From IMG/VR virus record IMGVR_UViG_3300025299_000102: 64,000 nucleotides of DNA. One strand, 5' to 3'. The DNA is from a virus (taxonomy: Duplodnaviria > Heunggongvirae > Uroviricota > Caudoviricetes). Of this stretch, positions 35,845 through 45,549 are shown piece after piece. The stretch's first letter is position 1; every line of letters starts with the position of its first letter. The notes under the pieces are model-generated. The model made no database searches. It was not told where the DNA came from and was given only the letters and a program-made list of their open reading frames with translations. The position numbers and the translations under genes are program-made.

Positions 35845-36062
35845 GGCAGGTCCTTCACCTGAGTTTTCCCAGTTCAGGCAAAAAGCGCCCCGCATAGTCA
35901 GCGGGGCAGGGTTGAGGATGCATCTGTGCGCTGGGTCGCACGCGATTGACCAGTATAGGTGCGCGCAACTTGACAAACTCGACAAATTAGCTATTTGTTG
36001 ATATACTATGAAATACCCATTGTTGCACCTATCAACTTGACCGACCTCCGGTCGGAGCATAA

Positions 36063-38342
36063 ATGTCTACTATTCTTGCAATTACTGAGAAACCCTCGGT
36101 CGCGAAAACCTTGGCGGCTTGGCTGGCAAAAACGTATGGTTTTACAGCGCGCTCCTGTGGCTCGTACATCCAAGTGGGCCATTACCAAGTGGGCTGGCTG
36201 TACGGGCACATGCTGGAGAACTATGAGCCCCACGACTACGACCCAATGTATCGAAAGTGGAGCGTCACCCACTTGCCCTTCTTCCCAGGCGAATGGAAAT
36301 TGAAGGTTCGCGAAGAAGTCGATAAAAAGACTGGCAAGAAGACCGGTAAGCCTGACCCGGGCACCCTGGCTCAAATCAACGCCCTGAAAGTTCTGATGAA
36401 AGACGCGACCGAGATTATCGGCGCGGGCGACCCGGACCAGGAAGGCCAGCTGCTTCAAGATGAATTCTTGATTTGGGCAGGCAACCGCGCGCCAGTCAAG
36501 CGCCTCTGGCTGGCTGCAACCGACGACGCCTCGGTCGCTAAAGCCTGGGCAGCGATGAAGCCCAACAGCGAGTATGCGGGGTATTTCTGGTCGGCCCTAT
36601 CCCGCTCGCAAGGTGACTTTGCTTCCGGTATCAATCTTTCGCGAGCATGCACGTTGGCCTCGCAAGCCAATGGTGGCAATGCGGTGCTTCCTGTCGGACG
36701 AGTGCAAACTCCGACGCTGGCGCTGATTGTTGAGCTCGAAAAGCGCATCCGCCACTTTAAGCCGGTCGATTACTACACGCCATTCATCGCCTTGGCGACA
36801 AGCCCGGCGTTCAAAGCATCCTGGTCGCCAGACAAGGAAAAGGACGCCCGACTCGACCCTGAAGGACGTCTGCTGGACAAGAAGGTTACCCAGGCTATCG
36901 TGGACGCCTGCAAGAAGGCCGGTAAAGCTACGGTAACCAGCGTCAAGGCGACCAAGGGGAAGGAAGGTCCAAAGCTGCCATTCTCCTTGTCGACCCTCCA
37001 GGAGCACATGTCCAAACGATTTGGCATGGGTGTGCAGGATGTGCTGAAGTTTGCGCAGGCTCTCTATGAGAAGAAGATTGCGACGTATCCGCGTACCGAT
37101 TGCGAATACCTCCCGGAATCGCAGCACGAAGAAGCCGCGGACATCTTCAAGGGACTGCGTGCTGGTATCAAGGAGCTTGGCGCTGCGCCAGGCAAGGCCG
37201 ACCTGTCTATCAAATCGCGTGCGTACAACGACAAGAACGTTACCGCCCACCACGCAATCGTTCCGCGTCCAACGACGCTCGCCCAACTGGCCGACCTGTC
37301 CGCGCAAGAACGTCTGGTTTGGATTGAGGTCGCCAAGCGGTATCTGCTCCAGTTCTTCCCTGCTGCAGAGTTCCTGAAGTCGGAAATCGAACTGCTGTGC
37401 GCCGGCGAACAGTTCTTTGTGTCAGGCAAGGTCTTCACCTCGCGCGGGTGGAAAGACGCGTTTGCGGCTGAAGGCGATGAGGGTGAGGAAGAGAAGGGCT
37501 CCGGTAAAACGCTGCCGAAGGTCGAAAAAGGCGACGTCTTGACCCTTGCCGATGCAGGGTTCGACTCGACCACGACCAAAGCTCCTGAGCGGTTCACCGA
37601 GGGCACCTTGATTGCTGCGATGAAGGCGGTTCACAAGTACGTGAGCGATGCAAGGCTCAAGGCTATTCTGCGTGAGAACATCGGCATCGGTACGGAAGCA
37701 ACTCGTGCAAACATCATCGGCGAGCTGTTCGGCCGGAAGTTTATCGAGCTGAACAAGAAGAAGGACATTGTCCCTACCGACCTGGGCGAGCAGTTTATTG
37801 ACGCACTGCCACGTCAGATTACGGCTCCGGACATGACTGCCATGTGGCAGCAGGCCATGGACGACATCAAAAAAACCAAGGAAGCGGGCTACAAGGCATT
37901 CATGGCCGCCCAGCAGAAGTGGTTGACCGATATCGTCAATGAAGTTCCTGGCTGGTTCCTGGGTAAAGCGCTTATTCGAAAAGACCTGAAGTCGACCGTC
38001 AAGGTCAAGGAAACCGAGCACACTTGCCTGAAATGCTCCAGTGCCTTGAAACACATTGAAGGCAAATTTGGCTGGTTCTTCGGCTGCCAGAACGACGCCT
38101 GCAAAGCTGTATTCAAGGACGTCGAAGGTAAGCCCGTCGAAAAAGTCGCGGCGCCAACCGGTAAGGTGACCATCGCTGGCATCGACTCGGGCTCCAAGTG
38201 CACGAAGTGCAAGAAGGGCGAAATGCAGGTCCGCGTGTGCGGTCCGGCCAGCAAAACGCCCGGCAAGCAGTTCCTGTCGTGCTCGAATTTCTTCGCAAAA
38301 ACGGCCAAGACGAAATGCGACCACAGCGTCTGGCCGACTTGA
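36063..38342 (+). CDS. type IA DNA topoisomerase (topoisomerase III-like) with C-terminal zinc ribbons
   Basis: N-terminal Toprim LAITEKPSVAK; 759 aa; C-terminal CLKCSS...CQNDAC and CTKCKKG...CSNFF zinc-ribbon repeats. Confidence 0.8.
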   Translation: MSTILAITEKPSVAKTLAAWLAKTYGFTARSCGSYIQVGHYQVGWLYGHMLENYEPHDYDPMYRKWSVTHLPFFPGEWKLKVREEVDKKTGKKTGKPDPGTLAQINALKVLMKDATEIIGAGDPDQEGQLLQDEFLIWAGNRAPVKRLWLAATDDASVAKAWAAMKPNSEYAGYFWSALSRSQGDFASGINLSRACTLASQANGGNAVLPVGRVQTPTLALIVELEKRIRHFKPVDYYTPFIALATSPAFKASWSPDKEKDARLDPEGRLLDKKVTQAIVDACKKAGKATVTSVKATKGKEGPKLPFSLSTLQEHMSKRFGMGVQDVLKFAQALYEKKIATYPRTDCEYLPESQHEEAADIFKGLRAGIKELGAAPGKADLSIKSRAYNDKNVTAHHAIVPRPTTLAQLADLSAQERLVWIEVAKRYLLQFFPAAEFLKSEIELLCAGEQFFVSGKVFTSRGWKDAFAAEGDEGEEEKGSGKTLPKVEKGDVLTLADAGFDSTTTKAPERFTEGTLIAAMKAVHKYVSDARLKAILRENIGIGTEATRANIIGELFGRKFIELNKKKDIVPTDLGEQFIDALPRQITAPDMTAMWQQAMDDIKKTKEAGYKAFMAAQQKWLTDIVNEVPGWFLGKALIRKDLKSTVKVKETEHTCLKCSSALKHIEGKFGWFFGCQNDACKAVFKDVEGKPVEKVAAPTGKVTIAGIDSGSKCTKCKKGEMQVRVCGPASKTPGKQFLSCSNFFAKTAKTKCDHSVWPT

Positions 38343-38409
38343 TGTAGCAACCTCGCAGCGCACCAGGATTACTCAGTGATTCTGGTGTGTTCTTTTAGGA
38401 CAACCTCAA

Positions 38410-39456
38410 ATGGACAATCAAATGACCGACCTCAAAAACTCTGTTCCTCGCGGCGTAGCCTCATTGATGTTTGCCGCTTGCGTCATTGCGGCTCTCGCTC
38501 TGCACACGATTCCAGCTCTGCTTGCGGGCCTGCTCGCTTTCGTCTTGACCAGCAGCCTGCTCAATGCCCTGCGGCGCTGGGACCCGAAACTCAAGTTGGT
38601 TTCGCATACTTTGCTGTCCAGTGTCATCGTCGGCATCGGCTCGCTCGCAGTGCTGGCGGCAATCAGCACCCTGGTTGCCCGACTGCTGGGCGGCGAAAAC
38701 CTGCGCGAGTTCATGCTCACCCTGGCGGAAACCATCACCCAGGCAAAACAATACCTGCCTGATTCAATCGCGGCCGCAATTCCTGATTCGCTTATGGAAA
38801 TGCGCGAGTTGGCCGCCGGCGCGCTGAAGGAGCATGCCAATGCGGTTGCTGGATTCGGCACTCACCTGCTGCATAGCGTTCTTCTCACCCTGATTGGCTG
38901 GATTGCTGGGGTGCTGGCTGCAGTAAGTATGGCAGCGCATCCAAAGACCAGTGCCCAATCTCAAGAAGCTCCAGCCTTTTATGCGACATGGCACCGTCTG
39001 TGGGGGCAGCTGTCGCTGTCTTTCAAAAATGTTGCTTGGGCTCAGGCAAAAATCGCAGCGCTCAACTCTCTATTCACTGGTTTGTTCTTGTTGTTGGTTA
39101 TGCCGAAACTCGGTTGGAGCCTGCCATATGCCAAAACGCTCGTTCTAGCCACTTTTGTCTGCGGTCTGCTGCCCGTGCTGGGCAATCTCATGTCCAATGC
39201 TCTCATTTGCGTGCTGGCGCTGAGCGTCGCGTTTCCGGCCGCAGTCGTTTCACTGGTCTACCTGGTCGTGATTCACAAAGTTGAATACCTGCTCAACGCA
39301 CGTATTCAGGGTAAAGAAATCGGTGCCGCGACCTGGGAGCTGCTTATCGTGCTGTTCGCGTTTGAGCTGCTGTTCGGCCCTGCGGGCATGGTAGCCGCTC
39401 CGGTAATTTATGCCTTTATCAAGGCAGAATTCAAGCGTGCTGCTTGGCTCTCGTAA
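38410..39456 (+). CDS. polytopic membrane protein (possibly AI-2E/UPF0118 transporter-like)
   Basis: ~8 TM helices, 348 aa. Confidence 0.4.
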   Translation: MDNQMTDLKNSVPRGVASLMFAACVIAALALHTIPALLAGLLAFVLTSSLLNALRRWDPKLKLVSHTLLSSVIVGIGSLAVLAAISTLVARLLGGENLREFMLTLAETITQAKQYLPDSIAAAIPDSLMEMRELAAGALKEHANAVAGFGTHLLHSVLLTLIGWIAGVLAAVSMAAHPKTSAQSQEAPAFYATWHRLWGQLSLSFKNVAWAQAKIAALNSLFTGLFLLLVMPKLGWSLPYAKTLVLATFVCGLLPVLGNLMSNALICVLALSVAFPAAVVSLVYLVVIHKVEYLLNARIQGKEIGAATWELLIVLFAFELLFGPAGMVAAPVIYAFIKAEFKRAAWLS

Positions 39457-39532
39457 TTTGTGTATCTCACAGGCAGCTTTCGCTCTATACGGCACTAAGG
39501 ACACAACGATTAATTTTTCTTAGAGGCTAAAT

Positions 39533-40489
39533 ATGACGACAACTGTCAAACTAATCACGCATGACCGCGTGGTCCATGCGGACGATGCATTTGCTGTGGC
39601 AATCCTGCGGATTGCCTTTGGCGAAGTGGCTGTAATTCGTACCCGTAACCCTGAAATCCTCTATGTCGAGGCAGGGAAGCCGGATACATTCCTGCTCGAT
39701 GTAGGCGGGCGCTACGACCCTGAACAGCGCCTGTTCGACCATCACCAGCCGGAAGGTGCAGGTTACCGCAACATGCAGGTTTCGCCTCCAGAATGGCCGT
39801 ATGCAACTGCTGGCCTGGTCTGGAAGCATTACGGTGCCCAAGCCGTTCGTGCGCTGCATCCGTTTCTGAACGAAGAAGGTGTTCAAGAACTGGTGCAGCA
39901 CATCGACGACATCCTGTTGAAGTACATCGATGCGGTCGATTGTGGCGTACGCCTCAAGACCTCCGGACCATCCGTGTCCGCAATTATCGGTAGCTTCAAC
40001 TCGGCCTGGTTTGAGAAGGAGGAGGATGCGTTTCCACTGGCGAATTCTGTCGCCCAGGTGATTCTGTCCAACTTCATCAAGCGCCATGCCGGAAAGGTTC
40101 TGGCCCGTGACAAGGTGCGTCATGCGGAGTCTCGCATGGATGGTCGTGTACTTCTGCTGGAGGAATGCGTTCCTTGGGTTGAAGTTGTCATGGATGAAAT
40201 GCCCGACGTGATGTTTGTCGTGTATCCAGTTCGTGATGAATCGGAGACCATCCTCCAATGGCAGCTGCGTGCGGCGGCCAACAAGGATAAAACTCCACGT
40301 GTGATGCTCCCTCAAGCCTGGGGCGGGTTGGAGCGCAATGCTCTGGCACGTGTTTCTGGCGAACGAGATGCTGTGTTTTGTCACCGTTCGCGGCACCTCG
40401 CCGGAGCTATGTCTCAGGAAGGTGTCATGCACATGGCTGACATGGCAATTCGTGAGCACGTTCAGTCCGCGGAGCTGTTGGCCGCGTAG
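39533..40489 (+). CDS. MYG1/UPF0160 family metal-dependent hydrolase (paralog 2)
   Basis: THDRVVHADDAFA and DHHQ motifs; collinear with 8223..9125 product. Confidence 0.65.
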   Translation: MTTTVKLITHDRVVHADDAFAVAILRIAFGEVAVIRTRNPEILYVEAGKPDTFLLDVGGRYDPEQRLFDHHQPEGAGYRNMQVSPPEWPYATAGLVWKHYGAQAVRALHPFLNEEGVQELVQHIDDILLKYIDAVDCGVRLKTSGPSVSAIIGSFNSAWFEKEEDAFPLANSVAQVILSNFIKRHAGKVLARDKVRHAESRMDGRVLLLEECVPWVEVVMDEMPDVMFVVYPVRDESETILQWQLRAAANKDKTPRVMLPQAWGGLERNALARVSGERDAVFCHRSRHLAGAMSQEGVMHMADMAIREHVQSAELLAA

Positions 40490-40598
40490 TTGCTTTTCTG
40501 ACTTAATTCCCCCAGGTTTTTGCCTGGGGGTTTTTTCCTTTTCAAGGGAAAGAAATTTGGAGGGTTTTCCTATACTGAATACCCTCACTTTTGGAGTA

Positions 40599-41999
40599 AT
40601 GATGCTGTCTTCGGAACCCGTCCAAGTCAACGACGTAGCGAATGCCAACACCCTTAAGTACGTTCTCGACACAAACGTACTGCTGCATGACCCCGCCGCA
40701 CTGTTCCGCTTCCAGGAGCACGACATCTACCTCCCACTGGTCGTTCTTGAAGAACTTGACCGGCACAAGAAAGGCGTTGAGGACCTGGCGCGCAACGCAC
40801 GCCAGGTGACCCGTAGCCTGGACAACCTGCTGCAGCACGGCTCGATGGAACAAGGCTTTGCCCTCGCTGGCGCCTCGGAAGGTCGCGCCACCGGCAAACT
40901 GTACTTCCGGGAATCGACTGACCTCAACGACCAGGATGGCCCGGTCGGGCTGCAAGAGGGTAAAGCAGACAACCAGATTCTCGCCTGCGCGCGTAACCTC
41001 CTCCATGCACACGGCAATGCAGTTCTGGTCACCAAGGATATCAACCTGCGGGTCAAGGCGCTGGCGCTTAAAGTCCCCGCACAGGATTACCGCAGTGACC
41101 GTGTGCTTTCCGATGAAGACATCCTTCCAACGGGCTACATGGAAATTGATGCCTCCTTCTGGCTCGAACATGGCGTCACCGAGAAGAGCTACTTCCGCCG
41201 CAATAAAGTGCAGGCTGTGCGGGTGCCCACGCAACTCCCGGTCAATTCGTTCTTGGTCGAGCAAATCGAACGTAACGACCGCAAGAAAACCCGCCTGTGG
41301 CGTGTTGAAAGCTTCTCGTCCGAAGGTTCGGTACTTCTGGCTATCCCAAGCCAAGCGCCAAGCGATAATCCGCTGATTAGCGCACAAAATGAAGAACAGC
41401 AGATGGCGCTAAACCTGCTGCATGACACGAACGTGGACTTCGTTGCACTGCTAGGTAAGGCAGGCTCCGGGAAGACGCTGCTGGCGCTGGCCGCCGGCCT
41501 GGAGCAGGTGAGCGCTGGCCTTTTCGATAAAGTACTGATTACCCGCGCCACGGTTCCTCTGGGGGATGATATCGGCTTCTTGCCGGGCACCGAGGAAGAA
41601 AAGATGGCGCCATGGCTGAAAGGCACGCTGGAAGACCAGTATGTGGCTCTGCAGTTGGATGAAAAGAATCCTCTGCGTCAGAAGGTTGTCGTGGCCTCGA
41701 TGTCGTTCATGCGCGGCCGCAGCTTCCCTCGCACCTTCCTTATCCTCGATGAAGGCCAAAATCTGCGGCCAGAGCAGATGCGTGCACTGCTGACCCGTGC
41801 GGGCGAAGGCACCAAAATCGTGGTGACCGGCAACCTTGCCCAGATTGATACGCCGTATCTCGATGAAGGTACTTCGGGTCTTACCTGGGCGGCAAAGAAC
41901 CTGCATGACTGGCCGCACGCAGGACACATCATCCTGCCGCGCGGTGTCCGCAGCCGGCTGGCGACCTATGTCGAAGACATCGCAGCCAAGAAAACGTAA
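40599..41999 (+). CDS. phoH: PhoH2 (PIN domain + PhoH-like ATPase)
   Basis: N-terminal PIN (YVLDTNVLLHD); Walker A GKAGSGKT, VLITRATVPLGDDIGFLPGTEEEK, ILDEGQNL motifs of PhoH; GGAG RBS before ATGATG 40599. Confidence 0.8.
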   Translation: MMLSSEPVQVNDVANANTLKYVLDTNVLLHDPAALFRFQEHDIYLPLVVLEELDRHKKGVEDLARNARQVTRSLDNLLQHGSMEQGFALAGASEGRATGKLYFRESTDLNDQDGPVGLQEGKADNQILACARNLLHAHGNAVLVTKDINLRVKALALKVPAQDYRSDRVLSDEDILPTGYMEIDASFWLEHGVTEKSYFRRNKVQAVRVPTQLPVNSFLVEQIERNDRKKTRLWRVESFSSEGSVLLAIPSQAPSDNPLISAQNEEQQMALNLLHDTNVDFVALLGKAGSGKTLLALAAGLEQVSAGLFDKVLITRATVPLGDDIGFLPGTEEEKMAPWLKGTLEDQYVALQLDEKNPLRQKVVVASMSFMRGRSFPRTFLILDEGQNLRPEQMRALLTRAGEGTKIVVTGNLAQIDTPYLDEGTSGLTWAAKNLHDWPHAGHIILPRGVRSRLATYVEDIAAKKT

Positions 42000-42011
42000 C
42001 GTGTAACTGAA

Positions 42012-42584
42012 ATGGACCGACGCGAATTCCTTAAACAGGGTATGCGTCTGGGTGTAGCGACCGCGGGGAGCCTAGTGCTCCCCCCTGGTTTTACGGCTCA
42101 GGTGCTTGCTTCAGACCTCGGATTTGACCTGACCAAAGGTTCCCGAGTGCTCAACCTCACTCGTCCAGAGACTGGCGAGCGGCTGCACCTTGAGTACCTG
42201 CGCAATGGCAAATGGTTGGACAACTCCTACACCTACCTTTGCTGGCTGATGCGAGACATCCATGTAAACCAGCCGTTCGCCATGGATTACAACCTCATCG
42301 GCATCCTGGATTGGACGCAATGGTTCTTGGCACAGCATGGCTACACTAAGCCGCTCCAGATTTTGTCGGGCTACCGGTCCCCGCATACAAACCAGAACAC
42401 GGAAGGCGCGGCTAAAAACTCGCAGCACCTGTACGGCAAGGCCATTGACCTGCGAATTCCAGGCTTGTCGGCCGAATACCTCGGAAAACTGTTTCAATGG
42501 CTGTCACGAGGCGGCGTGGGAGTCTATCCTGGTAGCGAATTTGTCCACATCGACACCGGGCGAGTGCGCACTTGGCGCGGCTAA
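42012..42584 (+). CDS. Tat-secreted YcbK/DUF882 (peptidase M15-like) protein
   Basis: Twin-arginine signal RREFLK; SGYRSP..N and H..GKA.D zinc-peptidase-like motifs. Confidence 0.6.
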   Translation: MDRREFLKQGMRLGVATAGSLVLPPGFTAQVLASDLGFDLTKGSRVLNLTRPETGERLHLEYLRNGKWLDNSYTYLCWLMRDIHVNQPFAMDYNLIGILDWTQWFLAQHGYTKPLQILSGYRSPHTNQNTEGAAKNSQHLYGKAIDLRIPGLSAEYLGKLFQWLSRGGVGVYPGSEFVHIDTGRVRTWRG

Positions 42585-42624
42585 CCATTAAAAAAAAACA
42601 CCCACTGTTAAGTGGGTGGTTGAG

Positions 42625-43125
42625 TTACAGATAGCCAACTGCAGTAGGCGGGAGGCCCAGGCGTTGTGCAACATGAATAGCATGCTGTCCTGTCGGCATG
42701 GTGCCGCGCTCCCAGTTTTGCAGCGTAGTGATGGGTATGCCCCAAGCTGCCGCAAATTCCCTCAAATTCAGCCCCAGTTGCATTCTCTTTGCGATAATCA
42801 GCGTCGCAATATCAATAACCGGAGAGGGCGCCTGCTTAGTCAAACGCAGCGCGCGCTGAATGCGGAGAGTTTGAACTGCGTCTGTCGGATAGCTAAGCAA
42901 GTTAAGTCCCAGTAGTCGCGCTACGCGGACCAGCTTCAGTCCTTTCGGTATGCGCAATTCCGTCTCCCAACCGGCCAAATCGCTTCCGGTAATCCCGGTC
43001 ATCAACTCGACCAAATCAGCCCGCGTCCAACCATTTGCACTGCGGAGACTGCTCAAGCCTTGTGCGATGTCTCGCTTAAGCTTTGCATCCGATTTCTGCG
43101 GTGCAGTTTGCACGTGTTGTTCCAT
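42625..43125 (-). CDS. XRE-type helix-turn-helix regulator
   Basis: C-terminal LREFAAAWGIPITTLQNWERG HTH. Confidence 0.5.
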   Translation of the reverse strand: MEQHVQTAPQKSDAKLKRDIAQGLSSLRSANGWTRADLVELMTGITGSDLAGWETELRIPKGLKLVRVARLLGLNLLSYPTDAVQTLRIQRALRLTKQAPSPVIDIATLIIAKRMQLGLNLREFAAAWGIPITTLQNWERGTMPTGQHAIHVAQRLGLPPTAVGYL

Positions 43126-43129
43126 AATA

Positions 43130-44520
43130 TCCTCAAGTCAGATTCAAACCAGTTAGGTGTTTTTCCACTTCAAGGTATAGTTCCAGGAACGTAAAAACCC
43201 CGGTTGACCCGGGGTTTGAGGTTAGCCGCGGCGAATTTCGCCGGCATATTCTTGACGTCCGCCCAGCCCTAAAGGGCAGGGATTCCTGCTGCCAGGCCCG
43301 CACGTCCGCGGGCGAGGATGTTCTTGGCGGCATTGACATCGCGGTCGTGTTCCGCGTTGCAAGCACAGCACTGCCATCCTCTTATTCCAAGACCTGCGAC
43401 ACCTTTCGGCCCCGTGCGTGAACCGCAGCACGAACAAGTCTGGGTGGAAAACGCTTCATTGACTTCCTCGAACCATACGCCGGCGTCAGCGCACTTGTAC
43501 TGCAGCATGGTTCGGAATGCACGCCAGCCGGCATCGAGCACGGACTTCGCCATGCCGGTTTTTGCCAGGGCGGCCGCATTCACGTTGCCTACGAAGATAG
43601 CACCATACTCGCGTGCGAGCGTGGTACTGAATTTGTGCAAGGCGTCCTTGCGCCTGTTTGCTATTTTTGCATGCAGGGCTTTGACGCGTTGTTTCTTATT
43701 CGCCCGCTGAGCCATCGCCAACGCCGGCTCCAGGTCCCGATAGAACCGGTTTGCCTCGAGTGTCTCGCCAGTGCTGAGCGCAGCGAAGTCTTTCAGGCCC
43801 AGGTCGATACCGACTTCCCGGGTGGTGGTACTGCGCGCTGGCTTGGAGAACTTGACCGTAACGTTCAGGTACCAACGGCCACGGCTATCCTCGCTGAACG
43901 AGCCAGGTCCCAGTTCGAATTGGCTTAGGCTGTAGCTGTCCCACAGCGAAAACGGTTGACCACAATACCAGAGCTGGCCCTGTCGGTATCGCAAGGCTGA
44001 TGCCTTAAACGGTACCCAACCTAATGACCTGCGTGCGCCACCTGATTTGCGCCAGGCCAACCGCCGTTTATTAAATTGTCGCCGCCGAGTGACCAGTTCC
44101 TTGCTAATTGCCTGTACCGTTTGCGAATGGAGTGATAGACCTACTTTTGTCGCACCTGACGTGTAGCGGTCCAACTCAATGTTTGAGCAGAATCGTCCCT
44201 CGCGTTCTAACACTTTTACAGCTAGCTCGTTACAGAAGTTCCACACGAAGTTAACTTCCCGAGCCTGTGCGCGCAAGAACGCACTGTGCTTGTCTTTCAG
44301 TCTAAGGCGCAAGGTTCGTATTGTCGACGAAGAACTACTGGTCATATGTACAGTATATTCGATGCCCGCCGTATCAGCAAGTCACTGGATGCGCCCAACA
44401 TCCCCGGCCTTTAGGCCGGAGCCTTCGAATACCTCTTTGAGCCTGCCTGCGACTAACGCATCCTTCAGTTCACCGCACCGGACATAGCCCAGGCTTGGAG
44501 TTATTGCTCATAGGTATAAG
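43130..44520 (-). mobile_element. IS200/IS605-family insertion element carrying only tnpB (IS1341-like)
   Basis: TnpB ORF flanked by subterminal hairpins (AAACCCCGGttgaCCCGGGGTTT 43196-43218; CCCCGGCCtttaGGCCGGAG ~44395-44415; GGCCGtttaGCGGCC ~44523); boundaries approximate. Confidence 0.55.
43269..44345 (-). CDS. tnpB: TnpB (OrfB) RNA-guided endonuclease-type transposase accessory protein
   Basis: 358 aa; RuvC-like residues and C-terminal zinc finger CSCCGS...CCACNAEHDRDVNAAKNI typical of IS605 OrfB. Confidence 0.8.
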   Translation of the reverse strand: MTSSSSSTIRTLRLRLKDKHSAFLRAQAREVNFVWNFCNELAVKVLEREGRFCSNIELDRYTSGATKVGLSLHSQTVQAISKELVTRRRQFNKRRLAWRKSGGARRSLGWVPFKASALRYRQGQLWYCGQPFSLWDSYSLSQFELGPGSFSEDSRGRWYLNVTVKFSKPARSTTTREVGIDLGLKDFAALSTGETLEANRFYRDLEPALAMAQRANKKQRVKALHAKIANRRKDALHKFSTTLAREYGAIFVGNVNAAALAKTGMAKSVLDAGWRAFRTMLQYKCADAGVWFEEVNEAFSTQTCSCCGSRTGPKGVAGLGIRGWQCCACNAEHDRDVNAAKNILARGRAGLAAGIPAL

Positions 44521-44580
44521 CGGCCGTTTAGCGGCCTCCGCAAATACGCTATACGCATGGACTTTTTGACGTGACCGACC

Positions 44581-45093
44581 ATGATTGATTTCCTTGCCAC
44601 CTTGTTAGCCGACCTGCCGCCCGGCGCCGTCGCCATGTACCTTGGCCTGGCCATTTTTACTGTGCTGCTCCTGCGCTGTACTGCGCGGCCGTCCGTGTTT
44701 GCAGTTATCGCGTTGCCAGGTACGGCTATGCACGAGGCCTCACACCTAGTTGTGGGGAAACTTCTCGGTGCGCAGCCTGTTTCCATGTCCCTCTGGCCGA
44801 AAGACTTGGGGGGAGGGCGGTGGCAGTTGGGCGCGGTAGGCTTCACAAACCTGACCTGGTGGAATGCGCCGTGGACGGCAATGGCACCAATGCTTTTGGC
44901 CCCATTGTCACTTTGCCTTGCACTTATCTGGGCATACCCAGCTTTCGAGTCTGGTGCCAGCGTGCACGGCGCCTTCGCGCTGTACGTGTGCGCCAGCATC
45001 CTGCAGGCATCCTGGCCAAGCTCAACGGACTTCAAAGAGGCACTACCAGGGCTGGTCATCCTTGGCCTGCTCGGTGCCTGGGCGCTTCAATGA
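44581..45093 (+). CDS. membrane protein with HExxH motif (putative membrane zinc metalloprotease)
   Basis: MHEASHLVVG within TM-rich protein. Confidence 0.4.
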   Translation: MIDFLATLLADLPPGAVAMYLGLAIFTVLLLRCTARPSVFAVIALPGTAMHEASHLVVGKLLGAQPVSMSLWPKDLGGGRWQLGAVGFTNLTWWNAPWTAMAPMLLAPLSLCLALIWAYPAFESGASVHGAFALYVCASILQASWPSSTDFKEALPGLVILGLLGAWALQ

Positions 45094-45152
45094 CGTTCCT
45101 ATACTAATGAACCCATATCGGGCCGCCCGGTGGTGGCCTGGAGAATTCGTCC

Positions 45153-45548
45153 ATGAACCTTATCGACTACACACATCCTGACCGTGTTCCGGCGTTGTAC
45201 CTGCCGGACAACCGGCGCTCGCCGAGTTTCTACATTCGCCTGGACGAGCTGCCGCCTGGTCATCGCTTCTACTCGATTCACTGGGCCCTATTCCGCTATC
45301 CAGAATGGCTGGACGGGGGTTCTGCCTGGGTCCACTCCAAAGCAATTTATGAGGACCTGCAGCGCGTAGCGGCCGAAAAGGGCGTCGATGTGACTCAATT
45401 GCGACCGGTCGTCGGAAGCGATGACCCGGGCTATGACGAAGCGCTTGCCCAGGCCCTGCGCACCTTTGACCTCCGCCCAATGGTGGCCGAGGTCGTCCCT
45501 CGCAAGCTGACGATGCCGTCGGCAGCTGCTGTAACCGCTGGAGAGTAA
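45153..45548 (+). CDS. hypothetical protein (131 aa)
   Basis: ORF. Confidence 0.45.
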   Translation: MNLIDYTHPDRVPALYLPDNRRSPSFYIRLDELPPGHRFYSIHWALFRYPEWLDGGSAWVHSKAIYEDLQRVAAEKGVDVTQLRPVVGSDDPGYDEALAQALRTFDLRPMVAEVVPRKLTMPSAAAVTAGE

Positions 45549-45549
45549 T

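Noticed and set aside
36597-38363. Minus-strand ORFs (236 aa, 313 aa, 180 aa) inside the topoisomerase gene
   Set aside because: Overlap a strongly supported type IA topoisomerase reading frame on the plus strand; Arg/Leu-rich antisense artefacts.
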